From positions 17,768 to 81,767 of the IMG/VR virus record IMGVR_UViG_3300033145_001320: a stretch of 64,000 bases of DNA. One strand, 5' to 3'. The first letter of the stretch is position 1. The number at the start of each line of letters is the position of its first letter. The notes below the pieces were generated by a model. It saw only the letters and a program-made list of their open reading frames with translations. It searched no databases and was not told the origin of the DNA. A program made the position numbers and the translations under genes. This DNA is from a virus. Shown here piece by piece: positions 48,337-59,265 of this stretch.

Positions 48337-49266
48337 TTATAATATAATATCTAAACTAGCTGAAACATATCTATTCTTACCAAGTTCCATTGATGCTAAC
48401 ATGCATATAACTTCTGATGGATAAAAGAGCTCCTGATATGGTGTTGTTGCTGCATCAAATTTAAATGCGACTTTATACGCTTTCATGAGACCTCGAAATA
48501 TAAATGGATATTTGTTAATTATACTATTTAAGTTTGAGTCATTAGCACCATAAGACTCAAATGCATATTCTAATATAGCATTAACTCTAGTATCGAAAGC
48601 ATCTCCTGAAAATTTTGAATATGGTTTAACTGCATTTATAATTTTATCGGCATACACTTTTCCATTTAATTTAACATTTCCAGTTTCAAACCTTCGAATA
48701 TACATTATCCAATCAAGAATTGATTTTTTATCGTTACCCTTCATATCAAATATTATATCTAAAAAGTTTGAATAATATTGATGTAATGGAACAATATTTA
48801 TTCTAGTGAATTTAGTTTGGTTTTTTTCAGCAGCCATATGCATACATTCATGTAATGTTACACTTGCTAAATGTTTATCAGGAACCCAAGTAAGAATTTT
48901 ATAACTCGTGTCAATTAAAACAATTATTGTGTTGCTATCATGCATATAGATGCCATATGCTCCAGAATATTTATGCTTTAGACCGGTGAAGAAATGTTTT
49001 AAATAATATGAAAAACTTGATTTAGTCAAAAATGCAGGAATGATAGTTTTTTCATTAACCAATTTTATAACTGTTTTATGACTTTTTACTGGAGTATTTT
49101 TTAACAAACTTAATATAAACTTTTGTCTTAATTTTTCATTTGTATAAAACTCAACTCCACCAAGCTTTATAGTTTCCCTATCTTTTCTTGTAATGCCGGG
49201 AGTAGTAGCCATTTCGTTTTGGGTATATTTAAAATTAATTTCTTTTAAATCATCCTCGTAACTCAT
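48337..49266 (-). CDS. Putative zinc metallopeptidase-like protein
   Basis: TLHECMH (HExxH), later QELFYPSE. Confidence 0.5.
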   Translation of the reverse strand: MSYEDDLKEINFKYTQNEMATTPGITRKDRETIKLGGVEFYTNEKLRQKFILSLLKNTPVKSHKTVIKLVNEKTIIPAFLTKSSFSYYLKHFFTGLKHKYSGAYGIYMHDSNTIIVLIDTSYKILTWVPDKHLASVTLHECMHMAAEKNQTKFTRINIVPLHQYYSNFLDIIFDMKGNDKKSILDWIMYIRRFETGNVKLNGKVYADKIINAVKPYSKFSGDAFDTRVNAILEYAFESYGANDSNLNSIINKYPFIFRGLMKAYKVAFKFDAATTPYQELFYPSEVICMLASMELGKNRYVSASLDIIL

Positions 49267-49276
49267 GCTCTTCTCC

Positions 49277-49573
49277 TTAACCAGTTATGTGTGTTGGATT
49301 ACCTGCAGTTATTGATCCTATTAAACATCCTGTGGTAGTACTTCCGACATGTGCTTTTGATTTTCCGTTTGTAAAATTTGTTGCACTACCTGAATTAATA
49401 GTTCCTGTATGTCCACATTTGCCTTGCACAGTATCTCCTACTCTTGCTACTGCTGGTCCACCAGAAAAATGATCTGGGCTTCCAGTTATAATCACACCAG
49501 TCATAGGAGTTGGCTGTTGATGACATATACATATTCCTACCCATGGATCTCCTATCCTTGCTACATCTGGCAT
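49277..49573 (-). CDS. PAAR-repeat spike tip protein
   Basis: VARIGD, VARVGD, KAHVGS repeats with Cys/His ligands. Confidence 0.9.
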   Translation of the reverse strand: MPDVARIGDPWVGICICHQQPTPMTGVIITGSPDHFSGGPAVARVGDTVQGKCGHTGTINSGSATNFTNGKSKAHVGSTTTGCLIGSITAGNPTHITG

Positions 49574-49593
49574 TATATAATCTCCTAGATACT

Positions 49594-51234
49594 CTATGAT
49601 ATGTTTTCAAGTATTCTATCAACTTCTGTGTTTGTTACTGGAGGCCATTTCTTAATAGCTTGTCTTAGTGCTTCCTTCATGAGAGCGGGAATTATAGTTG
49701 TGTCGCTTATCCATTCAGATGAAGGTATTTTATCTGAATATGTAACTCCTACATTACCAAAATTGTCTCTGAATATAGGTCTAAATCTTCCAGTAGTCAA
49801 GTTTCTTATACTAAGATTACCAGACATAAATCCTCCAACTGCCCAATAATTATGTTTCACTCCATCTATCATTTTTTCTTTTAGTTCATGCACCAATGAA
49901 TAAACATATGTTGAAATATCTACAGTTAGTTGGTCGGGGGAAGGTAAATCTATAATAATTTTCCATACCAAATGATTATATGCATCTGACATAAAAACTG
50001 GTTTCCATGATCTGTTTGGATCATAGTCAGTATAATTGTTAGCATATTTAGTATAAAACAATCCCTGATCTACAACATATTTAGCTAATGCTACTTTCGG
50101 AGGTGGTGGATCAGGTGGCTCGCCAGGTGTTACTAATACTGGTTGATAAGGTTCTGGTGCCGGCATCTCTACTAATCTTGCTGGAGTACTTCCTGAATCT
50201 GGTTTTACAAATACAGTTTTTGAATTATCTTCCATGTATTGTTTTTTTATAGCTATAGAATCAGATTGTGTTTTGCCCATTGCAGATGATTCAACCGTTA
50301 ATGTGTTTGCTCCCATTTTTACTGCTGCCTGTGTATTGCCTTGACTTTTTGCTTGAAGATTCATACCCTTTTTAATGTTACTTGCTTTAATTGGATCAAC
50401 ACCAAGTAAAAATTTATCAATATCAAATTCTCCATAATTTGATTTGGCTGGATCACTGTGTAACCCAACTGTGTCATAAAAACAATCAAGTTCTGCTGTC
50501 ATGCCATCAACTTGATCTGCAAAAGCAGAACCTCCAATTGAATTAGTACATTCGACCATTGAGTCCATCATTTTTAAACTTTTTGCTACGTCACTAACAA
50601 CTGTTTTCCTTATATTGACTTCACTAAATCCTGAAGGGATTACATCACTTGCTGCTTCAGCAGGATCTGTAACTGATGTTTTCGGAATACTATTTGAAGG
50701 TCGTGGTGCGCCAGCTAGAGTATCTAGTTCAGCACCAAGTCCTAATTCTTCAAAAGGTACACCCGGAAATTCTTTTTTCATTTCGTCAATTACATCATTA
50801 ACTACCTGTGTAGTATTTGTACTTGCTCCTGCATTTAAAGCATCAGTTAACTTACCTGGTTCTGAAAACTTTGGAACTTCCGTAGCATAAGATGCGAAGA
50901 AACTACATTTGTTAATTGTATCTGTTATATTGTTCGCCAGCGCATCAGAGGTTGCCCACGCCGAACTTCCATACGCAGCATCTAATGAATTTACCATCAT
51001 CGAATTAATAACGGTGGGTGGACTTGTTTTACAGTTGGTTATTCTTGATTTTATATCACTTAACTGTCCTTCTAACTCACTACATTTACTAGTCAAAGGA
51101 CCCATAAAAGAATCAAATTCATCAACTAATGTATTAGCAACAGAAGCATCAAATGCACCTGTTGAATCATAAACAATAATAGTAGTTGTATCATAGAAAG
51201 ATGTTGTGTCAATGTATGCTGTTGAGTCTGCCAT
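49594..51234 (-). CDS. Putative virion/baseplate-associated protein
   Basis: 546 aa between the gp5-like and PAAR genes; Pro-rich linker. Confidence 0.55.
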   Translation of the reverse strand: MADSTAYIDTTSFYDTTTIIVYDSTGAFDASVANTLVDEFDSFMGPLTSKCSELEGQLSDIKSRITNCKTSPPTVINSMMVNSLDAAYGSSAWATSDALANNITDTINKCSFFASYATEVPKFSEPGKLTDALNAGASTNTTQVVNDVIDEMKKEFPGVPFEELGLGAELDTLAGAPRPSNSIPKTSVTDPAEAASDVIPSGFSEVNIRKTVVSDVAKSLKMMDSMVECTNSIGGSAFADQVDGMTAELDCFYDTVGLHSDPAKSNYGEFDIDKFLLGVDPIKASNIKKGMNLQAKSQGNTQAAVKMGANTLTVESSAMGKTQSDSIAIKKQYMEDNSKTVFVKPDSGSTPARLVEMPAPEPYQPVLVTPGEPPDPPPPKVALAKYVVDQGLFYTKYANNYTDYDPNRSWKPVFMSDAYNHLVWKIIIDLPSPDQLTVDISTYVYSLVHELKEKMIDGVKHNYWAVGGFMSGNLSIRNLTTGRFRPIFRDNFGNVGVTYSDKIPSSEWISDTTIIPALMKEALRQAIKKWPPVTNTEVDRILENIS

Positions 51235-52238
51235 TATAATTCTCTACTCCCATCTGGATTTGATGGTGAAGCAGGAGTTGCATCAACAGTGGTTGCAGGT
51301 GGTGGGGTTGATGCTCCTGAATTATCTTGAATAGTAGGGGATGCATCTCTAGCAATCATACCACCAGATTGAGTATGCATATCTCCAGCAGATTGCACAT
51401 ACAGTTCATCTCCAACCTTTGTAATTTTTGTCCCACCTACTTCTTCAATAGCATGAGATCCACTTTTTACATTATATTCACCTGATGATTGACTGTTGAT
51501 TGTACCTCCAGATAAGAAATTAATATCTTTTGTTGCTGTAAGATACATTGCACCTCCAGATAAAAAATGTTGATCTCCACTGGTTGTTACTAATAAGTGA
51601 CCACCTGATTTTATATGAATATCACTAGCCACTTGTATTTCAATAGTTCTATCATCAATGTCTAATTTAATAAAGTCGCCTTTATATGTTTTGATTAATA
51701 ATTTTTGTTTGTCAACTCTTTCATCAAGTAATATTGTGGTTTGATTATCTTCAATTTCAAATACAGAAACTGTATCTCCAGAAGGAGGATTTGTCAGCTT
51801 TCTTTTTCTACCTGTTATTTCAGTCCTTTCATCATCGGGATCATCAGAGACAACAATTGCTCTACCGTCTCCACTTTTAATTAATGTCCATTTATTTTCA
51901 AAATTTGATCCTACCTGATTTTCCGGTAAGACTTTTGTATTTTCTAAATCTAGTGCACCAAAATAATATGGTCTGTTAATATTACCACCTTCAAAAAATA
52001 CAAAAACCCAAGCCCCTTTTTGTGGAATGTATGATGATCCAGCATAGTAGTTATCCATATTATCTTCTTTATTTCTTCCACCAAGAGGATTGTTTGCGGG
52101 TCTTGCCCAAATTCCTTTTGTTCTGTCAACCTCAGGCATAAAATCAGGAATGTGTACAAGGACTCTACCGAACTGCTCTTTATCTTTATTGTTAACAACA
52201 ACAGCTCTATAGTTTCCAAATGCAGATGCTTTTTCCAT
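51234..52238 (-). CDS. Baseplate central spike (T4 gp5/VgrG-like OB fold plus beta-helix)
   Basis: YRAVVVNNKD..FGRV.V.IP...WARP...PQKGAWVFVFFEGGNINRPYYFG; C-terminal 8-aa SGG repeats. Confidence 0.88.
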   Translation of the reverse strand: MEKASAFGNYRAVVVNNKDKEQFGRVLVHIPDFMPEVDRTKGIWARPANNPLGGRNKEDNMDNYYAGSSYIPQKGAWVFVFFEGGNINRPYYFGALDLENTKVLPENQVGSNFENKWTLIKSGDGRAIVVSDDPDDERTEITGRKRKLTNPPSGDTVSVFEIEDNQTTILLDERVDKQKLLIKTYKGDFIKLDIDDRTIEIQVASDIHIKSGGHLLVTTSGDQHFLSGGAMYLTATKDINFLSGGTINSQSSGEYNVKSGSHAIEEVGGTKITKVGDELYVQSAGDMHTQSGGMIARDASPTIQDNSGASTPPPATTVDATPASPSNPDGSREL

Positions 52239-53138
52239 TTATTTCCTTTTAAATATAACTTTAGAAATTTCTAATATTTTTGAAAACTCTCTTTCATTAT
52301 ATTTTGATAAATATGTTGATATGACATTACTTCCTTTAATATCAGAAGTTGCAATTGTAGCGATGAATCTTGAACAATCCTCAAATGCAGGCATTACATT
52401 TAAACCAAAGAATCTCAATAACTTAGCTGCAAATACATGTTTATTTATATTTGGCATTACACCAAAATCTGATAATGCTTGAATGAAATTGCTTATGTTT
52501 TCAAAGTCATATTTCTTTAAATCACTCTCAATTTCTTTATAATCAAATGCAGATGCAGAGGATGCTTTTCTATATGCATACGTCCCGTGTTTTCCAAAAA
52601 ATGCAGTTAACACATAAAGGTTTGTCAAAAATTTCATTTTTGGAATTTCAGTTGAGAAACTTCCTAATAATCCATACTGTTTTCCAAATAGTCTCATTAA
52701 AACACTAAGAAGATAATTTGATATTACTTCACTATATTTGTCTGTGATTGGTATCTTACCTGATATCAACTCACTAAAAACAATACCATATACCATAAGA
52801 GCATATAAATTAAATGTTCCTGGTTTTGTTGTTTCTATATCAGTAACACCAAAAGGACTAACATTTAATATCATACTTTTTGTTGGGATATTATATGTGA
52901 TTGGTAATGGGTAATCTGGCATGTTCACAACATTGATAAATTTCCGTTCGTTTAAATTTGTTAATTTGTTAAACACCTTATCTTTTGTATAATGACTTAT
53001 TCTGTTTTTCATTAATTCAACCATTACAAAAATTCTACGTGGCCCATTTTCGACAGTATATTTTGCAATAGTTGCCTTAGGCATTCTTAAAATATTATCA
53101 ACTCCCTTTAATAAATCAAACTTTTCTTTAACTATCAT
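52239..53138 (-). CDS. Hypothetical protein (possibly virion)
   Basis: 299-aa ORF in the structural cluster. Confidence 0.7.
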   Translation of the reverse strand: MIVKEKFDLLKGVDNILRMPKATIAKYTVENGPRRIFVMVELMKNRISHYTKDKVFNKLTNLNERKFINVVNMPDYPLPITYNIPTKSMILNVSPFGVTDIETTKPGTFNLYALMVYGIVFSELISGKIPITDKYSEVISNYLLSVLMRLFGKQYGLLGSFSTEIPKMKFLTNLYVLTAFFGKHGTYAYRKASSASAFDYKEIESDLKKYDFENISNFIQALSDFGVMPNINKHVFAAKLLRFFGLNVMPAFEDCSRFIATIATSDIKGSNVISTYLSKYNEREFSKILEISKVIFKRK

Positions 53139-53530
53139 TACCAGCTTACCTCCTCAAGTTCACTGACAGGTCGTTTTGGGAATTTGTCCTTTAACATTTC
53201 TGTTATTGCAGACATTGTAGGTATAATAACAGTCTCTAGCTCAAAAAATTCAATTGATGGTACAGCATTTACATACATTAATAATTGTGCGAGAGCAACT
53301 GTTCCATATTCATCGTAACTAAGATAATCCGGACGCATCAAATATTGTCTTTCAAATTTTACTTCTTTTGAATTTGTTAATAAAAAATATAAATATTGGT
53401 CAATTGTTTCAAGTGCCGGCGCAGGGAATGTAAAATATCCATTTGCAGTTCGATATCTATCTCCTGAGAAATTGATATCAATTGCTAAATTTGCCCTTTG
53501 ACGACTTTCTCTATCAATTGTTTCTGCCAT
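53138..53530 (-). CDS. Baseplate wedge protein (gp53/LysM-like)
   Basis: RPDYLSYDEYGTVALAQLLMYVN. Confidence 0.7.
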   Translation of the reverse strand: MAETIDRESRQRANLAIDINFSGDRYRTANGYFTFPAPALETIDQYLYFLLTNSKEVKFERQYLMRPDYLSYDEYGTVALAQLLMYVNAVPSIEFFELETVIIPTMSAITEMLKDKFPKRPVSELEEVSW

Positions 53531-53541
53531 ATATTATCCGC

Positions 53542-54198
53542 CTAATTAGAAACAGCTTCTTTTATTTCTTCTTGATAGTTGTTTCTACTCCATGAACAAT
53601 TATGTTCTTTAATAGCTAACCTCGATTGTATTGTTTCAATGTCACCCTCATCCAAATATTTTGAATGGTTTCTTATAAAGTTATTATAATCTCCTTGTAC
53701 AAGTTCAATCGGAATATCAAGTCTGCCATTGTGGAATTTTTCATGCATACTTTTTATTAAAGTTGTATAACCAACTCTATTTTGAAAATGAAGTTCGATT
53801 GCTTCTTGACAAATATCAAACGTACAGAACTCCTCATTTTCTTCAATGTGTTTGTTAACTAATGCTGTTACGAGAACAAAAAGGGATGGAAGGTGATGAT
53901 GGACTTCTATTGTTACCTCGTCCATTCTTTCGTGGGTAATCATACATTCGTTGATTTGAAGTACGTCAACAATGTAATTTCTCCAATCTTTATATTCAAT
54001 ACTTCTCCTAATTGACATTTCACAGTTTTTAACGAACTTCTTATATTCAGCTTCATTTTCAAAATTATTAATTCTTAAAGAAAGACTAAACGGATGTCTT
54101 TCACTATAAATTTCTAAGATATCAGGATTACTTTGAATATCTCCATTACTTTTTGTATCTTCAATAAGAGCATCTAAATTAATATCTGATCCGCCCAT
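53542..54198 (-). CDS. Conserved phage protein, HNH-like fold possible
   Basis: C...TIEVHHH...VGYTTLIKSMHEKFHNG. Confidence 0.55.
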   Translation of the reverse strand: MGGSDINLDALIEDTKSNGDIQSNPDILEIYSERHPFSLSLRINNFENEAEYKKFVKNCEMSIRRSIEYKDWRNYIVDVLQINECMITHERMDEVTIEVHHHLPSLFVLVTALVNKHIEENEEFCTFDICQEAIELHFQNRVGYTTLIKSMHEKFHNGRLDIPIELVQGDYNNFIRNHSKYLDEGDIETIQSRLAIKEHNCSWSRNNYQEEIKEAVSN

Positions 54199-54201
54199 AA
54201 T

Positions 54202-55227
54202 TTATTTTCCTTGTATTAACTCTAAGTATTTGTCTACTGATGTTTTTGATTCAGAAAACGCCTTACGTCTGTTAGTTCTCATATTGAAAAATGGTCCAGA
54301 CGCTTTTTTAAGATCCTCTAGATCTTCATATGCTTGGTTCATATCTTTTCCAAGTGATGTGAACATGTAATTAAAAGGTACTACTGAACATACTCCCTTA
54401 AATTCTTTCATACAGAAAGTGGCTCTTCTGTTTACATCATCAACAATAATAAATGATGCCCAACCAAGTTTTTGTACCTTTTGAACATTTGCTGGGCTTG
54501 AGAATACTTCATCATTATCTAAATCCATTTGATTCATACAAATGAACATGTTCTTTCCGTAAACACTTTGACCTAACAAAACATCTTGCCTTGGATCTCC
54601 TGTAATTGGTTTGTCTTTTAGAACTGGAACCTTCAGTTTCTTCATTAATCTAAAGACTACTCTTACCATACCACGAGTATACTTGGTCCCTAAATAGCTC
54701 AAAAATTTTAGTTGCACATCCTTCATTACGAGTGATGTAATTGGTTCAGATGATTTAATTCTAAAGGGAACTACTTTAACACCTAGAAGTTGCAATCCTT
54801 TCTTTTGAGTAGTAACTTGAAGCCATGTAGGTTCAAGTGAAATGGCATCACCTCTTGGAATATCGAGTGATGGTTTTACTCCACCTCCACCTCCACCTCC
54901 GGTTTTAACTGTAACGTTTACAGGTTTAGTTGGTTGTGGTTTAGTTTTAGACGTTGGAGCTTCTGATATTGGATTTCCATCCTCTATTGTATTGTCGAAA
55001 AACTTTTTAGCTAAGTATCCTCCAGCTCCAGCTGCTACGGCACCTGCCACTCCGGCAATAACTTTTCCTCCGGTTGACATGATTTTACCTGCGGTTGAGA
55101 CGCCTGCTGCTTTTAAGACTTCATCGGTATTGTATAATAAGATATATTTTTCAACCGCTTTAACAAGTCCCGGTAACACATTTGGAGAAATGCTTTCTGA
55201 GGTTAACATTGGGTATACTATAATCAT
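54202..55227 (-). CDS. Hypothetical protein (possibly virion)
   Basis: Ala/Gly hydrophobic segment and poly-Gly linker. Confidence 0.7.
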   Translation of the reverse strand: MIIVYPMLTSESISPNVLPGLVKAVEKYILLYNTDEVLKAAGVSTAGKIMSTGGKVIAGVAGAVAAGAGGYLAKKFFDNTIEDGNPISEAPTSKTKPQPTKPVNVTVKTGGGGGGGVKPSLDIPRGDAISLEPTWLQVTTQKKGLQLLGVKVVPFRIKSSEPITSLVMKDVQLKFLSYLGTKYTRGMVRVVFRLMKKLKVPVLKDKPITGDPRQDVLLGQSVYGKNMFICMNQMDLDNDEVFSSPANVQKVQKLGWASFIIVDDVNRRATFCMKEFKGVCSVVPFNYMFTSLGKDMNQAYEDLEDLKKASGPFFNMRTNRRKAFSESKTSVDKYLELIQGK

Positions 55228-55239
55228 TTTAATTATCTC

Positions 55240-56199
55240 CTATAATAAAAACACTGTATCATCATGCTTTGGTTTATCTTCCTTTGGTGTGTCTTTATTT
55301 TTTTTCTTTTTTATAAAAGGTGGAACGAGTTTAACAGTTTCATCGTTTACACAATAATCCTTATAAGGGCACCATTGACATGAGTCTTTTGTCGCCCCAA
55401 TCGGATCAGGTGGAACATTATCTGCAAGCGCTGTTAATAATACTGGAGCTCTTTGAAGGAACTTTTCAGCTAATTTTAAATCTACATCTAAATCAAAAGC
55501 TCTTACAGTTTTCAAATCTCTCAAGACATATATAATTGTAATCTTATCAATTGTATATCCGTATTCAGTAATCAATATATAAGCATATATCAATCCCTGA
55601 AACCAATGTTCTTTGATAAATTTACCTTTATATTTTTTTGGATCTATACTTTTTATTTCATATAAGTTCGATCCTTTTATTGCATCAACTCGTCCTTTGA
55701 CTTTAAACTTTTCACTTACAACAGTTTTTTCAACCTCAGAAAAGTTGTACAACTTTTGAAAAATATCATGTATTACATCTCCTATCTTTTGTATTAAATA
55801 CAAATAAGAAAATTTAAACTGAGATGTTATATCTATTTGATATCTACTTCTTGCATAATACGATTGTCTAAGACAATTATATAATTCACTACAAGAAATA
55901 TAAGGTCTTTCATAAGTCTGACTTGTTTTATATTTCTCAACAAGTTTTGATCTCATCATTGATTCAAATTCAAGAACACTAAACCCGTCAGACCCCCCTT
56001 CAACTTGATTGTGCGTATGAGGAATCTCTATGAAATCATTAATAGTTGATTCCTCTAAAATCTGCTTAGTGGTTACAGAAGCTTTTGCCTTTTTTATTTC
56101 TTTTTTTCTTTCTTTTTTATTCTTAACTGGACTGGTGGCACCTTTCTCATTTTCTAAATAACGTAAAAGTTTTTCGTATTCATTTGATAATTCTACCAT
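55240..56199 (-). CDS. Solo Cas4-like PD-(D/E)xK exonuclease
   Basis: CLRQ, G..IH, GRVDAI..YEIKS, Q...Y, CQWCPYKDYC (4-Cys Fe-S set). Confidence 0.85.
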   Translation of the reverse strand: MVELSNEYEKLLRYLENEKGATSPVKNKKERKKEIKKAKASVTTKQILEESTINDFIEIPHTHNQVEGGSDGFSVLEFESMMRSKLVEKYKTSQTYERPYISCSELYNCLRQSYYARSRYQIDITSQFKFSYLYLIQKIGDVIHDIFQKLYNFSEVEKTVVSEKFKVKGRVDAIKGSNLYEIKSIDPKKYKGKFIKEHWFQGLIYAYILITEYGYTIDKITIIYVLRDLKTVRAFDLDVDLKLAEKFLQRAPVLLTALADNVPPDPIGATKDSCQWCPYKDYCVNDETVKLVPPFIKKKKNKDTPKEDKPKHDDTVFLL

Positions 56200-56224
56200 T
56201 CGTCACCTTTCAGTTAATTATTGT

Positions 56225-56992
56225 TTAACTGGGTTTTTTCATGCTTGCTTTAACACATTCTTTATATTTTGCTTTATCTTCTTTATGTTGACCACATGCT
56301 TTTTTAGCTCTACTTTTTAAAGCCAGCCACTTAGCACCTTTTGCAGCAGCTAATGCTCCAATAGCACCGGCAGCAGCTGCAGGTCCGGCACCTATTTCAG
56401 ATACTTCTTCTTCTTTAGTTAACTTTTTTTTTACTTCGTCGTCAGTAACATCATAAAGAATTTGATAAGCAGATTCTACAAGACTATCACGAAGAATCTT
56501 ATATGAATCTTCAACAATACGACCTTCCCATTCATTCATCTTTTCAGGTTGTTTTGCCTCAGTTAAAGAACGTGCAACCATCAGATTATCAACAGCAAGA
56601 CCAAATGCTTTTGAGCGGATTGCTTTTTCAACAATACCACCAACATCAGCATCAGGATCACTTTTCAATTCATCCTGTAAAGATTCCTTGATGTTACCTC
56701 TTGATTTTTGTGTAGTAACGATTTTTTCTGAATTTTCACGAGCAATGTTTGCTGATTTCTTAGCCATTGTATTAAGAACTTTGCCATCAATAGATTCTTG
56801 AACTGTTCCTGGTTTATGGTCAAGTATTTTTAACATTTCAACAAATACTGATAGAAGTGCGCCTTTGACAGAAAGATATTCTTCTTTCACAATAGGGCAG
56901 CACATCTCTACTTCATTAACTGGTTTCCCGAAGAAAATATAGTCAAGTGCATAGAAATTTTCTAACACTCTAATTTTAGACTCTTTTAACAT
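56225..56992 (-). CDS. Hypothetical protein (possibly virion/head)
   Basis: 255-aa ORF, GGGGG RBS-like element, Ala-rich C-terminal segment. Confidence 0.7.
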   Translation of the reverse strand: MLKESKIRVLENFYALDYIFFGKPVNEVEMCCPIVKEEYLSVKGALLSVFVEMLKILDHKPGTVQESIDGKVLNTMAKKSANIARENSEKIVTTQKSRGNIKESLQDELKSDPDADVGGIVEKAIRSKAFGLAVDNLMVARSLTEAKQPEKMNEWEGRIVEDSYKILRDSLVESAYQILYDVTDDEVKKKLTKEEEVSEIGAGPAAAAGAIGALAAAKGAKWLALKSRAKKACGQHKEDKAKYKECVKASMKKPS

Positions 56993-57007
56993 TTTTTAAA
57001 CCCCCTA

Positions 57008-57298
57008 TTATTTGTATGAAAACTCTGTGTCTTCATCCTCCAGAACTTCAAGCATAATTCGTCTTGAATCTTCTGGATATTGTGTATTTTTAATATTTAA
57101 GCACTGGACCTTCATTGAATCAATAGATCGTCCTTGTTTCCCTATAATCTTCCCACAATCACTTTCGTGAACTCTTATTTGAATAATAATTGATTTGGTA
57201 GACATTGATGTTTTGACTTCTACTTCTTCTGGTCGGTCAACACTTAGTTTTGCAAGATATTCAACAACTTCTTTTAATAAACTTGTCATCTCACCCAT
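57008..57298 (-). CDS. khpA: KH-domain RNA-binding protein (KhpA-like)
   Basis: VDRPEEVEV...DCGKIIGKQGRSI (GxxG KH loop). Confidence 0.85.
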   Translation of the reverse strand: MGEMTSLLKEVVEYLAKLSVDRPEEVEVKTSMSTKSIIIQIRVHESDCGKIIGKQGRSIDSMKVQCLNIKNTQYPEDSRRIMLEVLEDEDTEFSYK

Positions 57299-57378
57299 TT
57301 TAATATTCTCCCTTTCGATTGTCTCATTTCAATCTATAACATATTTACTTTTTGTTCTAAAATAATGAAAGTGTTAGA

Positions 57379-58566
57379 TTATATCTCTGGTGAATACTTC
57401 CCAATTATTTCAGTATTTAATGCTTCTTCTACAGAATCTTTAAATGCGGATTTGTTTTGTATTTATGAGGAGCATCTTTAGTTCTGAACTTATATTTAGG
57501 GTCAGGTAATGTTATTAAATAGTTCCATGCTCCTGACTTCAACCTCTTCGTATTTTTCAAGAAATTATAGTTTGTCCAGAAATTTGAAAATCCTGATACA
57601 AATGAACCAACAAGTTCAATTTCAATATTTGGTGGAAAGAGTTTGTTTTTAACACACTTCAATTTACAGATTACACCTTCAAATCCATATTTATTAGAAT
57701 CTTCTGCTTTACCTGGAGCAATTGCAGACTTAACTTTCATCTCAACTAGGTGAAATGCATTGTATTTTAATATTGTTCCACCAGGCATGTCTTTTGTATT
57801 ACTCATAAATTTTAAATCTTTAGGAGCACCATAAGGACCCATAGATAAAACATCTCTCAATTGATTAACTGCGATCAATGCAATATTATTCTGAGCAACA
57901 TTTTGCAACATACTTCGGTATTAATAATGAAAGAGTTCTAGCTTTTCTACCAATGACCTGATTTATATCATCTGCTTCAATTTCAGCTTGACATAATGTA
58001 TTTGCAATACTATCCCAAACTACCATTGAAGGAGTGTCAAGAATATCTTTTTCTTGTTTGAATAAACATACCCCTTCAATAACTTTGAATACTTTCTCTA
58101 CTGTAATATCAGAGATAGGTTCTATTGGTGGATAGTTAACTCCTAGATTTGAAAGTCTTATTTTTGTTGTTGCTTCTTCTGAATCAAGAAACAATGGGAT
58201 CATCTTTCCCTTATATTGTCTTTCTCCAGCTCCCATTGTCTGAATTGCAAGCATTGACTTTCCACTGCCTGGTTGACCAACAATAATACTTAAAGCTCCG
58301 ATAGCAAATCCACCACCGAGAATAGCATCTAATAGATCAATTCCTGTAGAAATTGTTTGTTTGATTCCAGTATCACCCTTAATTTCAGTAGTTTTTTCAA
58401 GAAAAGAACTAAACTCTGAATATAGGTCCATAGCTTCTTCACTATTATCAACCTTTAATTCTTCTGCATCCAAATCAATGATTTCAGGATCTTCATTTGA
58501 AGGTAATGCTTCTTCTTCTGTTTCAACGTTTTTTAAAATTTCTTGTGCCTCATTTTCGTTTGTCAT
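57379..58566 (-). CDS. recA: RecA/UvsX recombinase with two apparent frameshifts (~57897 and ~57447)
   Basis: STGIDLLD..LGGG, GQPGSGKS, LDSE, WDSIA in the first ORF; IAVNQLRD, PGG..LKY, VKNK in the second; a third frame gives AFKDSVEEALNTEIIGKYSPEI*. Confidence 0.85.
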
Positions 58567-58578
58567 AAACTTCCTCCG

Positions 58579-59028
58579 TTAACCGCTTTCTTGAACGGTT
58601 ACAATTTCGCTTGCGATTTCATCTGTTTCTCTCTGAGCTTTCTCAAGAGTTTTGTGACGCATCTTTTTACGATCATCTTGAAATGTTTCAACCCTATCTG
58701 CTAATTGTCTTATATCAATAATCTTTTCGATATCCCTTTCATCATCAACTACATTAACCTTTCTACGAATATCAATTTCTTCTTTAAGACTTTTTTGAAT
58801 TTCTTTCCTCATCTCCAAAAGAGTTTTAAACAATTCGGTTACTGACTTAATTTTTTCTTCAAAAAATCTAGCATAACGAGCATCAAGTTTTTTTGGAATC
58901 AGTCTATCAATATCCTGTTTGATTACTTCAAGGTCATTGATCATAACCATTATAGCATCTCGATGTGATCGAAATTCTGTTAGAAGTTCAAAAATAATAT
59001 CGGCATTTGATTGTTCCATGATTACCAC
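58579..59028 (-). CDS. Hypothetical coiled-coil protein
   Basis: 149-aa ORF. Confidence 0.7.
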   Translation of the reverse strand: MVIMEQSNADIIFELLTEFRSHRDAIMVMINDLEVIKQDIDRLIPKKLDARYARFFEEKIKSVTELFKTLLEMRKEIQKSLKEEIDIRRKVNVVDDERDIEKIIDIRQLADRVETFQDDRKKMRHKTLEKAQRETDEIASEIVTVQESG

Positions 59029-59050
59029 CTTTTTTATATTTTGTTCTTAA

Positions 59051-59251
59051 TTATTCCAGAATGATTTTCATTCTTCCTGTTTTATCTCCTGGTATTCTCA
59101 TTGAATGCCCATCAAGTATTTTACCATCTTTAACATAATCACAAACAAATTCATTGTCTCTTCCTGACTTAGCTCCAAAACAACTGTCATTTGAATTATA
59201 TGGACATTGTATAGCTAATGAACATATTTCATATTCTTTTAAAATCATCAT
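59051..59251 (-). CDS. Small Cys-rich protein
   Basis: Four Cys; AAGGAG RBS. Confidence 0.6.
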   Translation of the reverse strand: MMILKEYEICSLAIQCPYNSNDSCFGAKSGRDNEFVCDYVKDGKILDGHSMRIPGDKTGRMKIILE

Positions 59252-59265
59252 TGTTTATATACTCC

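Noticed and set aside
55240-56199. Cas4 as evidence of a CRISPR-Cas system
   Set aside because: No cas1/cas2 or array nearby; solo Cas4-like nucleases are common in phages
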